Origin: Gaiellaceae bacterium
GTDB lineage: Bacteria > Actinomycetota > Thermoleophilia > Gaiellales > Gaiellaceae
Direction of reading: 5' to 3'
NCBI GenBank assembly: GCA_051002595.1
Contig: JBPCMD010000069.1
Coordinates: 13,544 to 77,543 of the forward strand
Length of the DNA: 64,000 nt
Of this stretch, positions 26,279 through 35,915 are shown in pieces. Under the pieces are notes generated by a model. The model saw only the letters and a program-made list of their open reading frames with translations, searched no databases and was not told the DNA's origin. Every line of letters starts with the position of its first letter. Position 1 is the stretch's first letter. A program made the position numbers and the translations under genes.

Positions 26279-29203
26279 GTGCCAGCCGCCAGAAAGCACG
26301 TGACTCTCGCCATCCTGTCTATCGCTCTGGTCGCCGCATCAGGTCTTGCGGGGGCAGCGGGCGGCGTTCAGCTGCCGGGCAAGCGGGACCGCGAGGCCCC
26401 GTCGGCCCCATTCAACGTTCGGGTGACGTCCTCTTCATTGACGAGCGTGTCGCTCGAATGGGACGCCGCGACCGACAATGTCGGAGTCGCGTTCTATTAC
26501 GTCTACGTCGACGCGCAGCGCGCGCGTGTGTCCGGGACGAGCTACACGGCGACGAATCTCGAGTGTGGTCAGAGCATCGGTGTGTGGATCGTTGCTTACG
26601 ACTACGCCCTCAACCGCTCGCCTTCAGCGGCGGCGACGGTTTCCACTGCAGCCTGCCCAGACACACAGCCGCCGACGCGACCAACAAATTTCAGGCAGGC
26701 GGCGACGACGCAGACCGCGGTCGTGCTCGAATGGGACCGGTCGTCGGACGATGTCGGCGTCGTGGGATACGGTGTCTACCGGGACCAGCTCCCTGTTCAG
26801 TCGCCTTCCGATCCGACCGTGACGCTGACTGGGCTCGTCTGTAATTCGACCTACGATTTTCAGGTCGACGCAGTAGACGCCGCGGGCAACCGCTCCGAGC
26901 GCCACTCGGTATGGGTGCAGACGGCTCCCTGCTCTGAGGTCCCTCCACCCCCGTCCGACGCCACACCACCGGCGCAACCCGCAGACCTCAGGGTCGCTGG
27001 TGTCACCGCGGCGTCTGTCTCTTTGGCGTGGGATTCCGCGACCGACAACGTCGGCGTGGTGGGCTATGACGTGTACCGAAACGGTACGAAGATGGCACAT
27101 GTCACGTCGACGTCCTCCCTTCAGGAAGGCCTTGCTTGCAGCACCAACTACTGGTTCGGCGTCGAGGCCGTCGATGGCGCGGGCAATCGCTCAGCCCGCG
27201 TGCGCACCAACGCGACGACGTCTGCGTGCCAGTCTCCGCCGACGAGCTGGGCATTCTGCGCCGGCGAGGGTCAGCACTGCGGATTCTCCGGTACCAAGGA
27301 AGTCCGGTACGGGCAGAGCGGCACGTTCACGCCTGCGGCGGTCTTCAGCAACGGCGTGTGGTGCACCAACGCCGTCTTCGGCGATCCACTCCCCAACGCC
27401 TTCAAGCGCTGCGAGTACCGTGACCTCGGCGGAACGCCTCCACCGCCGTCCGATGCTCCTCCTGCTGACCAGTCGCCGCCGTCCGAGCCAACCGGTTTGG
27501 CGATCGCGAGCGTCACGCAGGCGTCCGTGTCACTTACGTGGCGAGCGTCGACGGACAACGTCGGAGTCAGCGGGTACGGGGTCTATCTGAACGGCAACAG
27601 CGTTCTGACGGCGAACCAGCTGGGCGCGACCCTGTCGGCGCTTGCATGTGGAACGGCGTTCACGTTCGCCGTCGATGCCTTCGACGGCGCTGGCAACCGC
27701 TCGACGAAGGCGGAGGTCACCGCGTCGACAGCCGCTTGTGCCCCGGATGGTCAGGCGCCTACAGCTCCGACGGGCGTCGTTGCGTCGGCGCGTACGGCGA
27801 CCAGCATCGCGCTCACCTGGTCGGCGTCGAGGGACAACGTCGCAGTCGTCGGCTACGGCCTCTATCGCGGAGGCGCGTTGACGGGCACTTCACCGACGAC
27901 GACTGGGATCTTCTCCGGCCTGACCTGCAACACGAACTACACCCTTGCCGTTGACGCATTCGATCTGGCCGGGAACCGATCCGGCAAGACGACGGTCCTG
28001 GTTGCGACGACCGAATGCCCGGACACCAGCGCACCCTCCTCCCCCACGGGGCTGGCGGTTTCGGACGTGACGACGTCGAGCTTGACCCTCAGGTGGAACG
28101 CTTCGTCGGACAACGTCGGCGTCACGGGGTACGACGTCGCTCGGAACGGTACGAAGATGGAGTCGACCGCATCGACGACGTCGAGCCAGACCGGCCTCGC
28201 CTGCGGAACCTCCTACTGGTTCGGAGTGGAGGCCCTTGACGCTGCGGGCAATCGCTCTCCGCGAGTGAGCGTGAACGCAACGACCAGCTCGTGCCCCGCG
28301 CCGCCGCCTCCGCCCTCGTCGGGCCGCCACGTCTACTGCTTCGGCGACCCGACTTACAGTGGAAGTGGATGGCAATACGACGCGACCTCGAACGGGTCCG
28401 TGCGTCAAGGCTATGCCCAGACGTTGAACCAGCGAGTCGGGTACGACAACTCGGTCGACGTCATGCGCTCCGTCGGCTGTCAAACCGTCAAGGCCGAGAT
28501 CCAGCCTCGCGATCCGGACGCGAACGGAGGCACGGCAAACCAACGTGCCCAGCTGTACATGAGTGATGGCCAGCTCGCGAAGTACGGGAACCAGCCCTCT
28601 CTCGACGCGAACGTAGGAAAGACGAGCTGGTACGGGTTCGCGTTCTCGACGAATTCAGGGTACGTGCCGCACTATGACCCGCTGTTCGGCAACTGGAACT
28701 CGATCTTCTCGTGGCACAACGCCCCGATCAACGGCGTGTGGGGGCACCTGGCGAACATCATGCTCGAAGTCGCGACCATCGGCCCCGCCAGCGGAACGGA
28801 GTACAGGTGTGGAGCCCCGTCCACGAGGCTGTCGCAGGCCCGTTTGCAGATTCAGCTCAACGGCGGCGATCAAGCGGACCCGAACTGGCCGAACGAAAGC
28901 GGAAGGCTGACCTGCCGCCGTTATCTGGGTCCGGTGTTCGAGCCGGGGCGTCGGTACCGAGTAGAGATGCTGGTGACGTGGGGAGCACACATGAACGGGT
29001 CGCTCCAGGTTTGGATCGACGGCACCAAGTTCGTGGACGTCGCGGGCATCAGTAACGTCTGGTACAGCGGTTCCACGATCGACAACGGGATCTATCCGGT
29101 CTTCGAGAACTACCGCGCTTACGACACTTCGCTCCCGACGAACACCGTGTACTACGGCGGCCTCGTCAAAGGTTCAGCGCGCTCGGACGTCGCGATTCCG
29201 TAG
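26279..29203 (+). CDS. Secreted multi-Fn3 protein with C-terminal polysaccharide-lyase-like (heparin-lyase-I/concanavalin-type) domain
   Basis: Signal peptide MPAARKHVTLAILSIALVAASGLAGAAG. Six modules follow the pattern P..P..L.......S..L.W..S.DNVGV.GY.VY. The C-terminal ~300 aa (QRAQLYMSD, WYGFAF, FSWHN, LQVWIDG, GIYPVFENYR) resemble the polysaccharide-lyase family from memory. Confidence 0.7.
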   Translation: MPAARKHVTLAILSIALVAASGLAGAAGGVQLPGKRDREAPSAPFNVRVTSSSLTSVSLEWDAATDNVGVAFYYVYVDAQRARVSGTSYTATNLECGQSIGVWIVAYDYALNRSPSAAATVSTAACPDTQPPTRPTNFRQAATTQTAVVLEWDRSSDDVGVVGYGVYRDQLPVQSPSDPTVTLTGLVCNSTYDFQVDAVDAAGNRSERHSVWVQTAPCSEVPPPPSDATPPAQPADLRVAGVTAASVSLAWDSATDNVGVVGYDVYRNGTKMAHVTSTSSLQEGLACSTNYWFGVEAVDGAGNRSARVRTNATTSACQSPPTSWAFCAGEGQHCGFSGTKEVRYGQSGTFTPAAVFSNGVWCTNAVFGDPLPNAFKRCEYRDLGGTPPPPSDAPPADQSPPSEPTGLAIASVTQASVSLTWRASTDNVGVSGYGVYLNGNSVLTANQLGATLSALACGTAFTFAVDAFDGAGNRSTKAEVTASTAACAPDGQAPTAPTGVVASARTATSIALTWSASRDNVAVVGYGLYRGGALTGTSPTTTGIFSGLTCNTNYTLAVDAFDLAGNRSGKTTVLVATTECPDTSAPSSPTGLAVSDVTTSSLTLRWNASSDNVGVTGYDVARNGTKMESTASTTSSQTGLACGTSYWFGVEALDAAGNRSPRVSVNATTSSCPAPPPPPSSGRHVYCFGDPTYSGSGWQYDATSNGSVRQGYAQTLNQRVGYDNSVDVMRSVGCQTVKAEIQPRDPDANGGTANQRAQLYMSDGQLAKYGNQPSLDANVGKTSWYGFAFSTNSGYVPHYDPLFGNWNSIFSWHNAPINGVWGHLANIMLEVATIGPASGTEYRCGAPSTRLSQARLQIQLNGGDQADPNWPNESGRLTCRRYLGPVFEPGRRYRVEMLVTWGAHMNGSLQVWIDGTKFVDVAGISNVWYSGSTIDNGIYPVFENYRAYDTSLPTNTVYYGGLVKGSARSDVAIP
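26399..28290 (+). repeat. Array of six Fn3-like coding modules, with a Cys-containing ~65-aa insert after module 3
   Basis: The motif (L/V)xW..(A/S)(T/S)DNVGVxGYxVY recurs six times in the translation. The insert SWAFCAGEGQHCGF...WCTNAVFGDP...KRCEY spans about 27230-27430. Confidence 0.7.
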
Positions 29204-29272
29204 ACGCGGAACGCCTTTCGCCGGATTTGCCCGTTGTCGTTGTGGGTGCCATCGAGCCTAGACTGCGTCGCC

Positions 29273-30001
29273 ATGTGGGCACGACGATCTCGTGGCAGCG
29301 GAGTGGAGTCGCTCGGAACTTACGTGGCGCAGTGCCTTGTTCACCGTCTCTCGAGAAGGGCGCGCCGGAAGCGAGGCGAGATCTTCGTGGCTCAGCTGCG
29401 ACCACGACTCGGTGATCGAATTCTCGATCTCGGCGGCGACGACGGAGGCCATATTGCACAGGTCCTTCCATTCCGCGAGGGTGTCGTCGTCGCCGACATC
29501 TCTCCGGAGTCCCTCAGGCGTGCGTCGGAGGTATACGGGTTCGAAACGCTCCTGCTCGACGAGAGCGGACGCATTCCGGAAGGGGAGCAAAGCTTCGACA
29601 TCGTCTTCTGCTCGTCCGTGATCGAGCATGCGACGGTCGACAAGGACGACCTCGAAGCGTATGCAACGACCTCCGCTTTCGAAGAGGCCGCATTCGAGCG
29701 GCAACAGGTGCTCTCGCGCGAGGTCCGGCGGGTCGGCAGGGCCTACTTTGTGCAGACGCCGAACAAGTACTTCGTCATCGAAAGCCACACCTGGCTACCG
29801 GTCGCGGTCGTGTTTCTTCCGCGTGCCGCGCAGATTCGATTGCTCCGGCTTCTGAACCGCTGGTGGCCCAAGAAGACATCGCCGGACTGGCACCTCTTGA
29901 CATTCCGTGAGATGCAGCGCCTATTCCCGGATGGACACGTCGTTCGCGAACGATGGCTCGGGATGACGAAATCTCTCATCGCCATCAAGCCACGCTCGTA
30001 G
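29273..30001 (+). CDS. Class I SAM-dependent methyltransferase
   Basis: ORF 29234..30001. Motif I ILDLGGDDGG, and FDIVFCSSVIEH. The start is either ATG 29273 or TTG 29234. Confidence 0.65.
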   Translation: MWARRSRGSGVESLGTYVAQCLVHRLSRRARRKRGEIFVAQLRPRLGDRILDLGGDDGGHIAQVLPFREGVVVADISPESLRRASEVYGFETLLLDESGRIPEGEQSFDIVFCSSVIEHATVDKDDLEAYATTSAFEEAAFERQQVLSREVRRVGRAYFVQTPNKYFVIESHTWLPVAVVFLPRAAQIRLLRLLNRWWPKKTSPDWHLLTFREMQRLFPDGHVVRERWLGMTKSLIAIKPRS

Positions 30002-30010
30002 ACACCGAGC

Positions 30011-31912
30011 CTACGAGCCGGCGACGACGGTCGCTGTCGGGGCCTCGTCTCCCAGGAGCTCCAGGGCGGACGGCGGCTCAGCCGTGACCTGATCGACATT
30101 TGCACGCAACCAAAGCTCGAGCGAAGCGAGGGTGAACAGCTTCAGGTCCTCACCGCGGGCGACAATCGACGCAACCTCGTCGTGCTTGACGAGTCCGCGA
30201 TCCAGCGCACGGTCGGAGAGCACGAGGCTTGGAAGCACATTTCCTGGGCCACTCGACAAGAACGACACCACCGGAACCGGAAAGCCGCGTTTGGGCTGGT
30301 TCAGGAGCTCTGGGGGAAGTAGGTCGCGAACGGCCGCTCGGAACACGGCCTTCGCCTCGCGGAGACCGCTGCGTGCCGATGCCGGAACATTCGCGACCCG
30401 TTCGACGACGTTATGGTCGAGGAGTGGCATGCGGCCTTCGACGGATGCAGCCATCAACACCTTGTCCGAACGGATCAGCATGTTGTCCGGCAGGTAGGTG
30501 AGAAAATCGCCGACCAGCATCTGTCGGCCGGGGTCGAGGTTGGAGTATGGCTCGAGCGCTCGCCGGAGTGGTTCCGTGAGCATCTCCACCGGCACACGCC
30601 TGTCCAGCAGCCGCCCTAGCTCGGCAGGAGAGAAGGTACGGAACCAGGAAGCCCAGCGGAGCAACGGATCACGAATACGCATCGTCTCGATGGCACGATC
30701 CAGCCTCCGATGCGAGCGTCGAGTCGACAGCGCGCGCACGGCGAGGCGAAGAGCCGTCGCGCTCGCCGGACCGCCCGCGCGCAGGAGGCGCTCCGCGCGG
30801 TACTTCGGATAGCCGCCGAACACTTCGTCACCACCGTCGCCGGTGAGCACGACCTTGACATGGCGACCGGCGAGCTCTGCGAGCAGCAGAAGCGGGACCT
30901 CCGATGGCTCAGCGATCGGCTCGTCTCGGTACCACGAGAGCCGCGGTAACGCGCGCGCGAAATCGTGTGGCTCGACGACGACCTCGTGGTGGTCACTGCC
31001 GTACCGTCGAGAAACGAGCCTTGCGAGGCTCCGCTCGTCGTAGACCCGATCCCGGAACCCGATGGTGAACGTCGAAACGCGCTCTGCCCCGGCCTCGTGC
31101 ATCAGGCCCAGCACTGCGCTCGAGTCGACTCCGCCGGACAGAAGCACGCCCAGCGGGACGTCACTCATCAGACGCCGCCGGACCGCGTCGCGGAGGAGGC
31201 TACGAAGGTCGCGGGGATCGAGTGGGCTGAGAGTCGCGGGCTCGAGTTGCCAGTAGCGACGACGACTGATTCTCGTTCGGTCGTACACGAGAAGCGAGCC
31301 CGGCTCGAGCTTCTCGACGCCGCGGACGAGCGTCGCCGGAGCGGTGACATAGCGTTGAAACAGGTATTCGGGTACGCGATCCTCGGCGAGCTCAGGCCGC
31401 CGGCCCGTGACGAGGAGCACCGAGCGGATGTCCGAGCCGAAGGCGAGACCGCCATCGCCCTGCGCGACATAGAGCGGTTTCTTGCCGACACGGTCGCGTG
31501 CGAGTAGCAGACGTTGACGGGGCTCGTCCCAGAGCGCGAATGCAAACATCCCGTCGAGCCGCGGGAGAAGATCGTCTGCCCACTCCTCGTAGCCGTGCAC
31601 GAGCACTTCGCCGTCAGTGAGCGTGTGGAAGCGGTGTCCGGCGCGCTCGAGCTCGCGACGAAGATCGAGGTAATTCCAGATCTCGCCGTTGTAGACCGTG
31701 AGAATCGTGCGGTCTTCGTTGTAGATCGGTTGCGCACCGCCTTCGATATCAATGATGCTGAGGCGGGTGTGGCCGAGCCCGACCGAGTCTGTGACGTAGA
31801 CGCCCGAACCGTCGGGACCCCGGTGAGCGAGCGCACTTGTCGCCTGCTCGACCCGCGAGCGAGCCGGGGGGGCGGCGTCGCGTGCCGCGACGAAGCCGCA
31901 GATGCCGCACAC
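30011..31912 (-). CDS. Asparagine synthase-family glutamine amidotransferase (copy 1)
   Basis: N-terminal nucleophile MCGICG, PP-loop LLSGGVDSSAV, 633 aa. The polysaccharide-locus context suggests a sugar or uronate amidotransferase instead of housekeeping AsnB. Confidence 0.85.
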   Translation of the reverse strand: MCGICGFVAARDAAPPARSRVEQATSALAHRGPDGSGVYVTDSVGLGHTRLSIIDIEGGAQPIYNEDRTILTVYNGEIWNYLDLRRELERAGHRFHTLTDGEVLVHGYEEWADDLLPRLDGMFAFALWDEPRQRLLLARDRVGKKPLYVAQGDGGLAFGSDIRSVLLVTGRRPELAEDRVPEYLFQRYVTAPATLVRGVEKLEPGSLLVYDRTRISRRRYWQLEPATLSPLDPRDLRSLLRDAVRRRLMSDVPLGVLLSGGVDSSAVLGLMHEAGAERVSTFTIGFRDRVYDERSLARLVSRRYGSDHHEVVVEPHDFARALPRLSWYRDEPIAEPSEVPLLLLAELAGRHVKVVLTGDGGDEVFGGYPKYRAERLLRAGGPASATALRLAVRALSTRRSHRRLDRAIETMRIRDPLLRWASWFRTFSPAELGRLLDRRVPVEMLTEPLRRALEPYSNLDPGRQMLVGDFLTYLPDNMLIRSDKVLMAASVEGRMPLLDHNVVERVANVPASARSGLREAKAVFRAAVRDLLPPELLNQPKRGFPVPVVSFLSSGPGNVLPSLVLSDRALDRGLVKHDEVASIVARGEDLKLFTLASLELWLRANVDQVTAEPPSALELLGDEAPTATVVAGS

Positions 31913-31913
31913 C

Positions 31914-33752
31914 TTAGACCTCCACCTCCGCTGTCTCCCCTCGCCATCGTTCGACGATCCGTATCCGCTTCGGCTGCGTAACCTCGACTGTCACCGTTTC
32001 GCCGACCGTACTAAGCGTAATCGTGACAGGCAGTCCGGCAAGCGAGACGGCTGTCGCGAACACGACTCTTTCTCCGCGCGTCGTCCACGTAACGCGCGGC
32101 GCCTCCTCGACACTCGAGTACCGAGGCGAGCACGGACCCCGTCCCGCAAGCCGAACCGCATCCGGCGCTGAGGCAACGGCAATCGCCGGCTCGGCCGAGG
32201 TGTGCCACACCAGTGTCGCCTCTCGTGGGACGTCGGAGACGATGCGATCCAGAATCACCAGCACATCGGGCTTGACGAAGACGACGCTTCGAGTGTGGCG
32301 GCTGCCGCGGTAGCCGTCGTGGGAGGCACGAACCACATCGAACGCCTCCGAAAGCCGGGAAGCCTCGAGAATCGTCCGAAATCGATGACCCCAGAGGTGT
32401 GGCCCGCGGGACTGTGCCTGGCTTGCGTCGTCGACCACGACGGTGTTGTGCGCTGCGGTGGAACGGAGATATTCACGGACGAGGCCGGGAGCGTACGTGC
32501 CGGTTCCGCTGTCGCGGAGCAGAGACTCTCCGGCGCTGTCGACGAGCACGGCAAGCGCGTCGGCGTGGCCGTGTGCGGCGAGCGAGCCGAACCCGAGCTC
32601 GCCCACGTCGAACACGATCCGCGTTCCTCGGGCGCGCAGTATCGCGTACCCGCTTTCGCGGCGGATCGTCGATCGGTCGTATCGCGGGCGGTCCGCGCTG
32701 CCGACCAGCGCATGCACTCGAGCTGAAATCACGGATGCGCGCCGTGGCTCGAAGTACTCGAGTCGCAACATGCGGTCCTCGGCGTCGTCGCCGACCGGCG
32801 GTGGCTCACCCTCGTCGTTTGCAACAGCGGCCAGCCACTCGAGCATCGCCTCCAGCCGAGGCTTCAGCCGGCCGAGCGGCTTCTCGGCACTTCTGGCGAG
32901 GATGGCCGCTACCCCGAGGAGCTCGAGGACGTAGAGGAAGTAGCCGCCGGCCTGCTCGCGGCTGCCACCATCGGCGTACGTCTGCCTGTCCACTTGTTGC
33001 TCGAGCTCGCGCCAGAGCGGCGCCCATTCGAGCCCTGCCGCGTCCAGGCGCGCCGCGGCCAACAGACCGACGAGCTCTGCAATTCGGTGATTGTTCGCGG
33101 AGGAGAAGCGAGACGGTCGAGCTGCGAGAAAATCGCACTGACGTGTGAACGCCTCGTCCAGCCGGGCGAGCTCGCTGGGTTCGAGCGCCGACTGCACGAG
33201 GGGCATCGCGAACGTCCAGCCGACCAGCCGGTGCGCCGTTTCATAGCCGGAACTCCAACCCGGACCACGGGCCGGAGGATTGCGCACCGTCCAATCCAGC
33301 AGGTGCTCGCCGGCGAGCCGCGCCCAATCGTTGCGGCCTGCGAGTGCGGCACCGGCGCCCAACGGAACGATGTGCTGCTGGCGATGAAGCTCCCAGAGCG
33401 GCTTTCGGTCGCCCGGCCAGCTCCGATCCGAGCCGTCGGGTAACGCGCTGTCAGCGAGTGGATCGGAGAGCCAGTCCGGCCGGCGTAGGTCGATCCGAAT
33501 CGGCAGTCCCCACAGCTCGAGCTGCCCATCGGCGATTCGCGCAGCAGCTGAGACCAACGAGTCTTGCTGCGGCTCGATGAGACGGAAAAGCGCTTCTGAC
33601 CAGCTTGGGTCGTGCCACAGCGCCTGCGACTCGCGGCGCCTCCGTCGTCCTCGAACCGGCCTTGCGGCCGTGGTGCCGGCACGCCACAGCACCTCGCGCG
33701 TCGACATCGCGCCCAGGCGTGCGAGATACCAACGCCATCTCACGGTTCGCAC
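31914..33752 (-). CDS. Heparinase II/III-like protein, no signal peptide
   Basis: GSLAAHGHADALAVLV and STAAHNTVVVDD motifs. The N-terminus MRTVRWRWYLARLGAMSTREV has no hydrophobic segment. The stop lies 1 nt before the AsnB start. Confidence 0.75.
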   Translation of the reverse strand: MRTVRWRWYLARLGAMSTREVLWRAGTTAARPVRGRRRRRESQALWHDPSWSEALFRLIEPQQDSLVSAAARIADGQLELWGLPIRIDLRRPDWLSDPLADSALPDGSDRSWPGDRKPLWELHRQQHIVPLGAGAALAGRNDWARLAGEHLLDWTVRNPPARGPGWSSGYETAHRLVGWTFAMPLVQSALEPSELARLDEAFTRQCDFLAARPSRFSSANNHRIAELVGLLAAARLDAAGLEWAPLWRELEQQVDRQTYADGGSREQAGGYFLYVLELLGVAAILARSAEKPLGRLKPRLEAMLEWLAAVANDEGEPPPVGDDAEDRMLRLEYFEPRRASVISARVHALVGSADRPRYDRSTIRRESGYAILRARGTRIVFDVGELGFGSLAAHGHADALAVLVDSAGESLLRDSGTGTYAPGLVREYLRSTAAHNTVVVDDASQAQSRGPHLWGHRFRTILEASRLSEAFDVVRASHDGYRGSRHTRSVVFVKPDVLVILDRIVSDVPREATLVWHTSAEPAIAVASAPDAVRLAGRGPCSPRYSSVEEAPRVTWTTRGERVVFATAVSLAGLPVTITLSTVGETVTVEVTQPKRIRIVERWRGETAEVEV

Positions 33753-34045
33753 CGACGACGACTTCGAGTTCTGACCTGCGCGGAAACCATCAACATGCTC
33801 CTATCAAAGCTCGGACCGCACCGATGACGGAGGTTGCATTGCCGCCAGCCCGACGGGATGCGAGGCCGCGCACGCTCGAATCGACAGTGACTCAGAGAGT
33901 CCTCAGCTTGCGCCGGCGCCTTATCCGTGTACCCTTCGATCAGGATCGGGCGTGGGGGGATCTGCGGCCTTGAACGCCTGACTGAGAGCGTCGACCTCGT
34001 CGAGTCGAGGGCGGATGCGAGGGAGCGCGGGGAGGTGGGTGTGTC

Positions 34046-35869
34046 ATGCAACGCCTAGGTCCATCCAGTCGGCGCGAGCGTGCGAGCTCCGCCGTCTTGC
34101 TCGTACTTCTCGTTGCGCTCCTCGTGGTCGTCGTCGGCATTGGCGCGTACGGCATCCCCTCTCATGCCAGCTCGAACATCGTCACTTGGGACACGCAATC
34201 TCAGTTCGCGTCCGCCGCTCGCCATGGCACAACCGCGAACGCCGACGGGACTGTGACCTTGGAGGGCCGGCCGACCCTGCGGACGCCCCGGCAGAGTGGG
34301 TCGATGGGGCCTCTCCGACGGCTCCGCTCGAATCCTCGCTACTTCACCGCGGACGGCAAGACGGCGGTTTATCTCACCGGATCGCACACGTGGATCAACC
34401 TCCCGGATGGATCTCGGACCGACCCTCCCGCTGCGTTCGATTTTCCCTCGTATCTCGCAGACCTCGAGCGTTGGCATCACAACTTCATACGACTGTGGGC
34501 CTGGGACGTGACGTTCGAGTCTTCTCGTGGCTACCGCTTCACCTACTCGCCACAGCCGTATGTTCGAAGCGGCCCGGGGCGAGCAATCGACGGCCTGCCC
34601 AAATTCGACCTGACTCGCTTCAACCAGGCCTATTTCGATCGGCTGCGCAGCCGTGTCGTACGAGCCCGCCGCGCCGGGATTTACGTTGCGGTCATGCTCT
34701 TCGAGGGCTACATGGCCGACAAGGGTCCTCTCCCTTCCGTGTATCAGGGTCATCCGTTCGCAGCAGAGAACAACGTCAACGCCATCGACGGCGACGTCGA
34801 CAACGATGGTCGTCCCCGCGAGGTGTACCTGCTCCCCGGAGAAGGCGGACTTCGGAAGGTGTCGCAGATTCAAAAGGCATATGTTCGCAAGGTCATCGAC
34901 ACGGTGAATGATCTCGACAATGTGTTGTACGAGATCGCGAACGAGGCTTCGTCTTCGTCGACCGCGTGGCAGTACGACCTGATCGGATACATCAAGCGCT
35001 ACGAAGCCCGAAAGCGTAAGCAGCATCCAGTCGGAATGACGTTCCAGTTTGCCGATGGCAGGAATGCGACGCTCATCGAAAGCGCAGCGGACTGGGTGTC
35101 ACCGCGCACGAGAATCGACAACCCCCCAGCTGCCAAGGGCGCGAAGGTTGTTCTGTCCGACAGCGATCATCTCTGCGGTATCTGTGCGGCGGCGAACGGT
35201 GACTGGGCGTGGAGGGAGTTCGCGAGGGGGCGCAATCCGATCTACATGGATGCGTACGCAGATCCTTACTGGAGCTCGCTGACCGGGTCGCGCGACAGTG
35301 CTCGAAGAGGTCTAGGGGAAACACGGAGGCTGGCCGACAGGATCGACCTGGCGTCGATGAGGCCACAGGGCAGACTCGCGTCGACCGGCTACGTACTCTC
35401 GAACCCTGGACGCGAATATGTCGTCTACCAACCCGCCCGCGGATCCTTCCGGCTCCATCTCGCCCAGCAAGGTGCGACGTCGTTCACGGTCGATTGGATC
35501 TCTCCCGGTTCGGCTGCTACGTCACGGGAGACGATTGCCGGCGGTCGTGAGGTCACGTTGACGCCTCCCTTCGATACAGCGGTCGCGGCGCACATTCGCG
35601 CAAACACGCATCGCACTGCAGGAGATTTCGTCGTCACTCACGATGCCGGCAAGCCGAGACGGTGGACGCGGGTGACGTCCAGGGCCACGATCCCGGCTCG
35701 ATCGCGCATCCTCATCGCGACACGCTCGTCGAACGACCGGGTGACATGGTCGCCCTGGCGCCCCAGGGCCCGAGGTCTGCCAGAGGGCCGATATGTCCAG
35801 ATTCGCGTCGGCTTCTCTACAACCGACGCAGACCGCACGCCGATCCTCGAAGCACTGACACTCGAGTGA
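34046..35869 (+). CDS. Membrane-anchored/secreted clan GH-A (GH5-like TIM-barrel) glycoside hydrolase
   Basis: N-terminal anchor AVLLVLLVALLVVVVGIGAYG. HNFIRLWAW and VLYEIANEAS (NE catalytic acid/base motif). A C-terminal beta-sandwich-like tail follows. Confidence 0.6.
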   Translation: MQRLGPSSRRERASSAVLLVLLVALLVVVVGIGAYGIPSHASSNIVTWDTQSQFASAARHGTTANADGTVTLEGRPTLRTPRQSGSMGPLRRLRSNPRYFTADGKTAVYLTGSHTWINLPDGSRTDPPAAFDFPSYLADLERWHHNFIRLWAWDVTFESSRGYRFTYSPQPYVRSGPGRAIDGLPKFDLTRFNQAYFDRLRSRVVRARRAGIYVAVMLFEGYMADKGPLPSVYQGHPFAAENNVNAIDGDVDNDGRPREVYLLPGEGGLRKVSQIQKAYVRKVIDTVNDLDNVLYEIANEASSSSTAWQYDLIGYIKRYEARKRKQHPVGMTFQFADGRNATLIESAADWVSPRTRIDNPPAAKGAKVVLSDSDHLCGICAAANGDWAWREFARGRNPIYMDAYADPYWSSLTGSRDSARRGLGETRRLADRIDLASMRPQGRLASTGYVLSNPGREYVVYQPARGSFRLHLAQQGATSFTVDWISPGSAATSRETIAGGREVTLTPPFDTAVAAHIRANTHRTAGDFVVTHDAGKPRRWTRVTSRATIPARSRILIATRSSNDRVTWSPWRPRARGLPEGRYVQIRVGFSTTDADRTPILEALTLE

Positions 35870-35915
35870 TCTGCGTTTGCTCCGCGTGCCGAGCGGCATC
35901 GGTTACGCTTGCCGT

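Noticed and set aside
26399-28290. Periodic DNA repeats that might suggest a CRISPR array or satellite
   Set aside because: The repeats are ~270-300 nt, diverged and in frame. They encode Fn3 modules of one secreted protein. There is no short direct-repeat/spacer architecture and there are no cas genes.
30011-31912. AsnB homologues as lasso-peptide cyclases, which would imply a RiPP cluster
   Set aside because: Both copies keep the glutaminase Cys nucleophile (MCGICG) and the PP-loop. No precursor peptide, PqqD-like RRE or transglutaminase-type protease gene is nearby. The context is entirely glycan biosynthesis.
31914-33752. Heparinase II/III-like protein as a secreted EPS-degrading lyase
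   Set aside because: No signal peptide or TM segment is present at either candidate start (33752 or 33707). It is also translationally coupled to a cytoplasmic amidotransferase, so a cytoplasmic tailoring role is considered instead.
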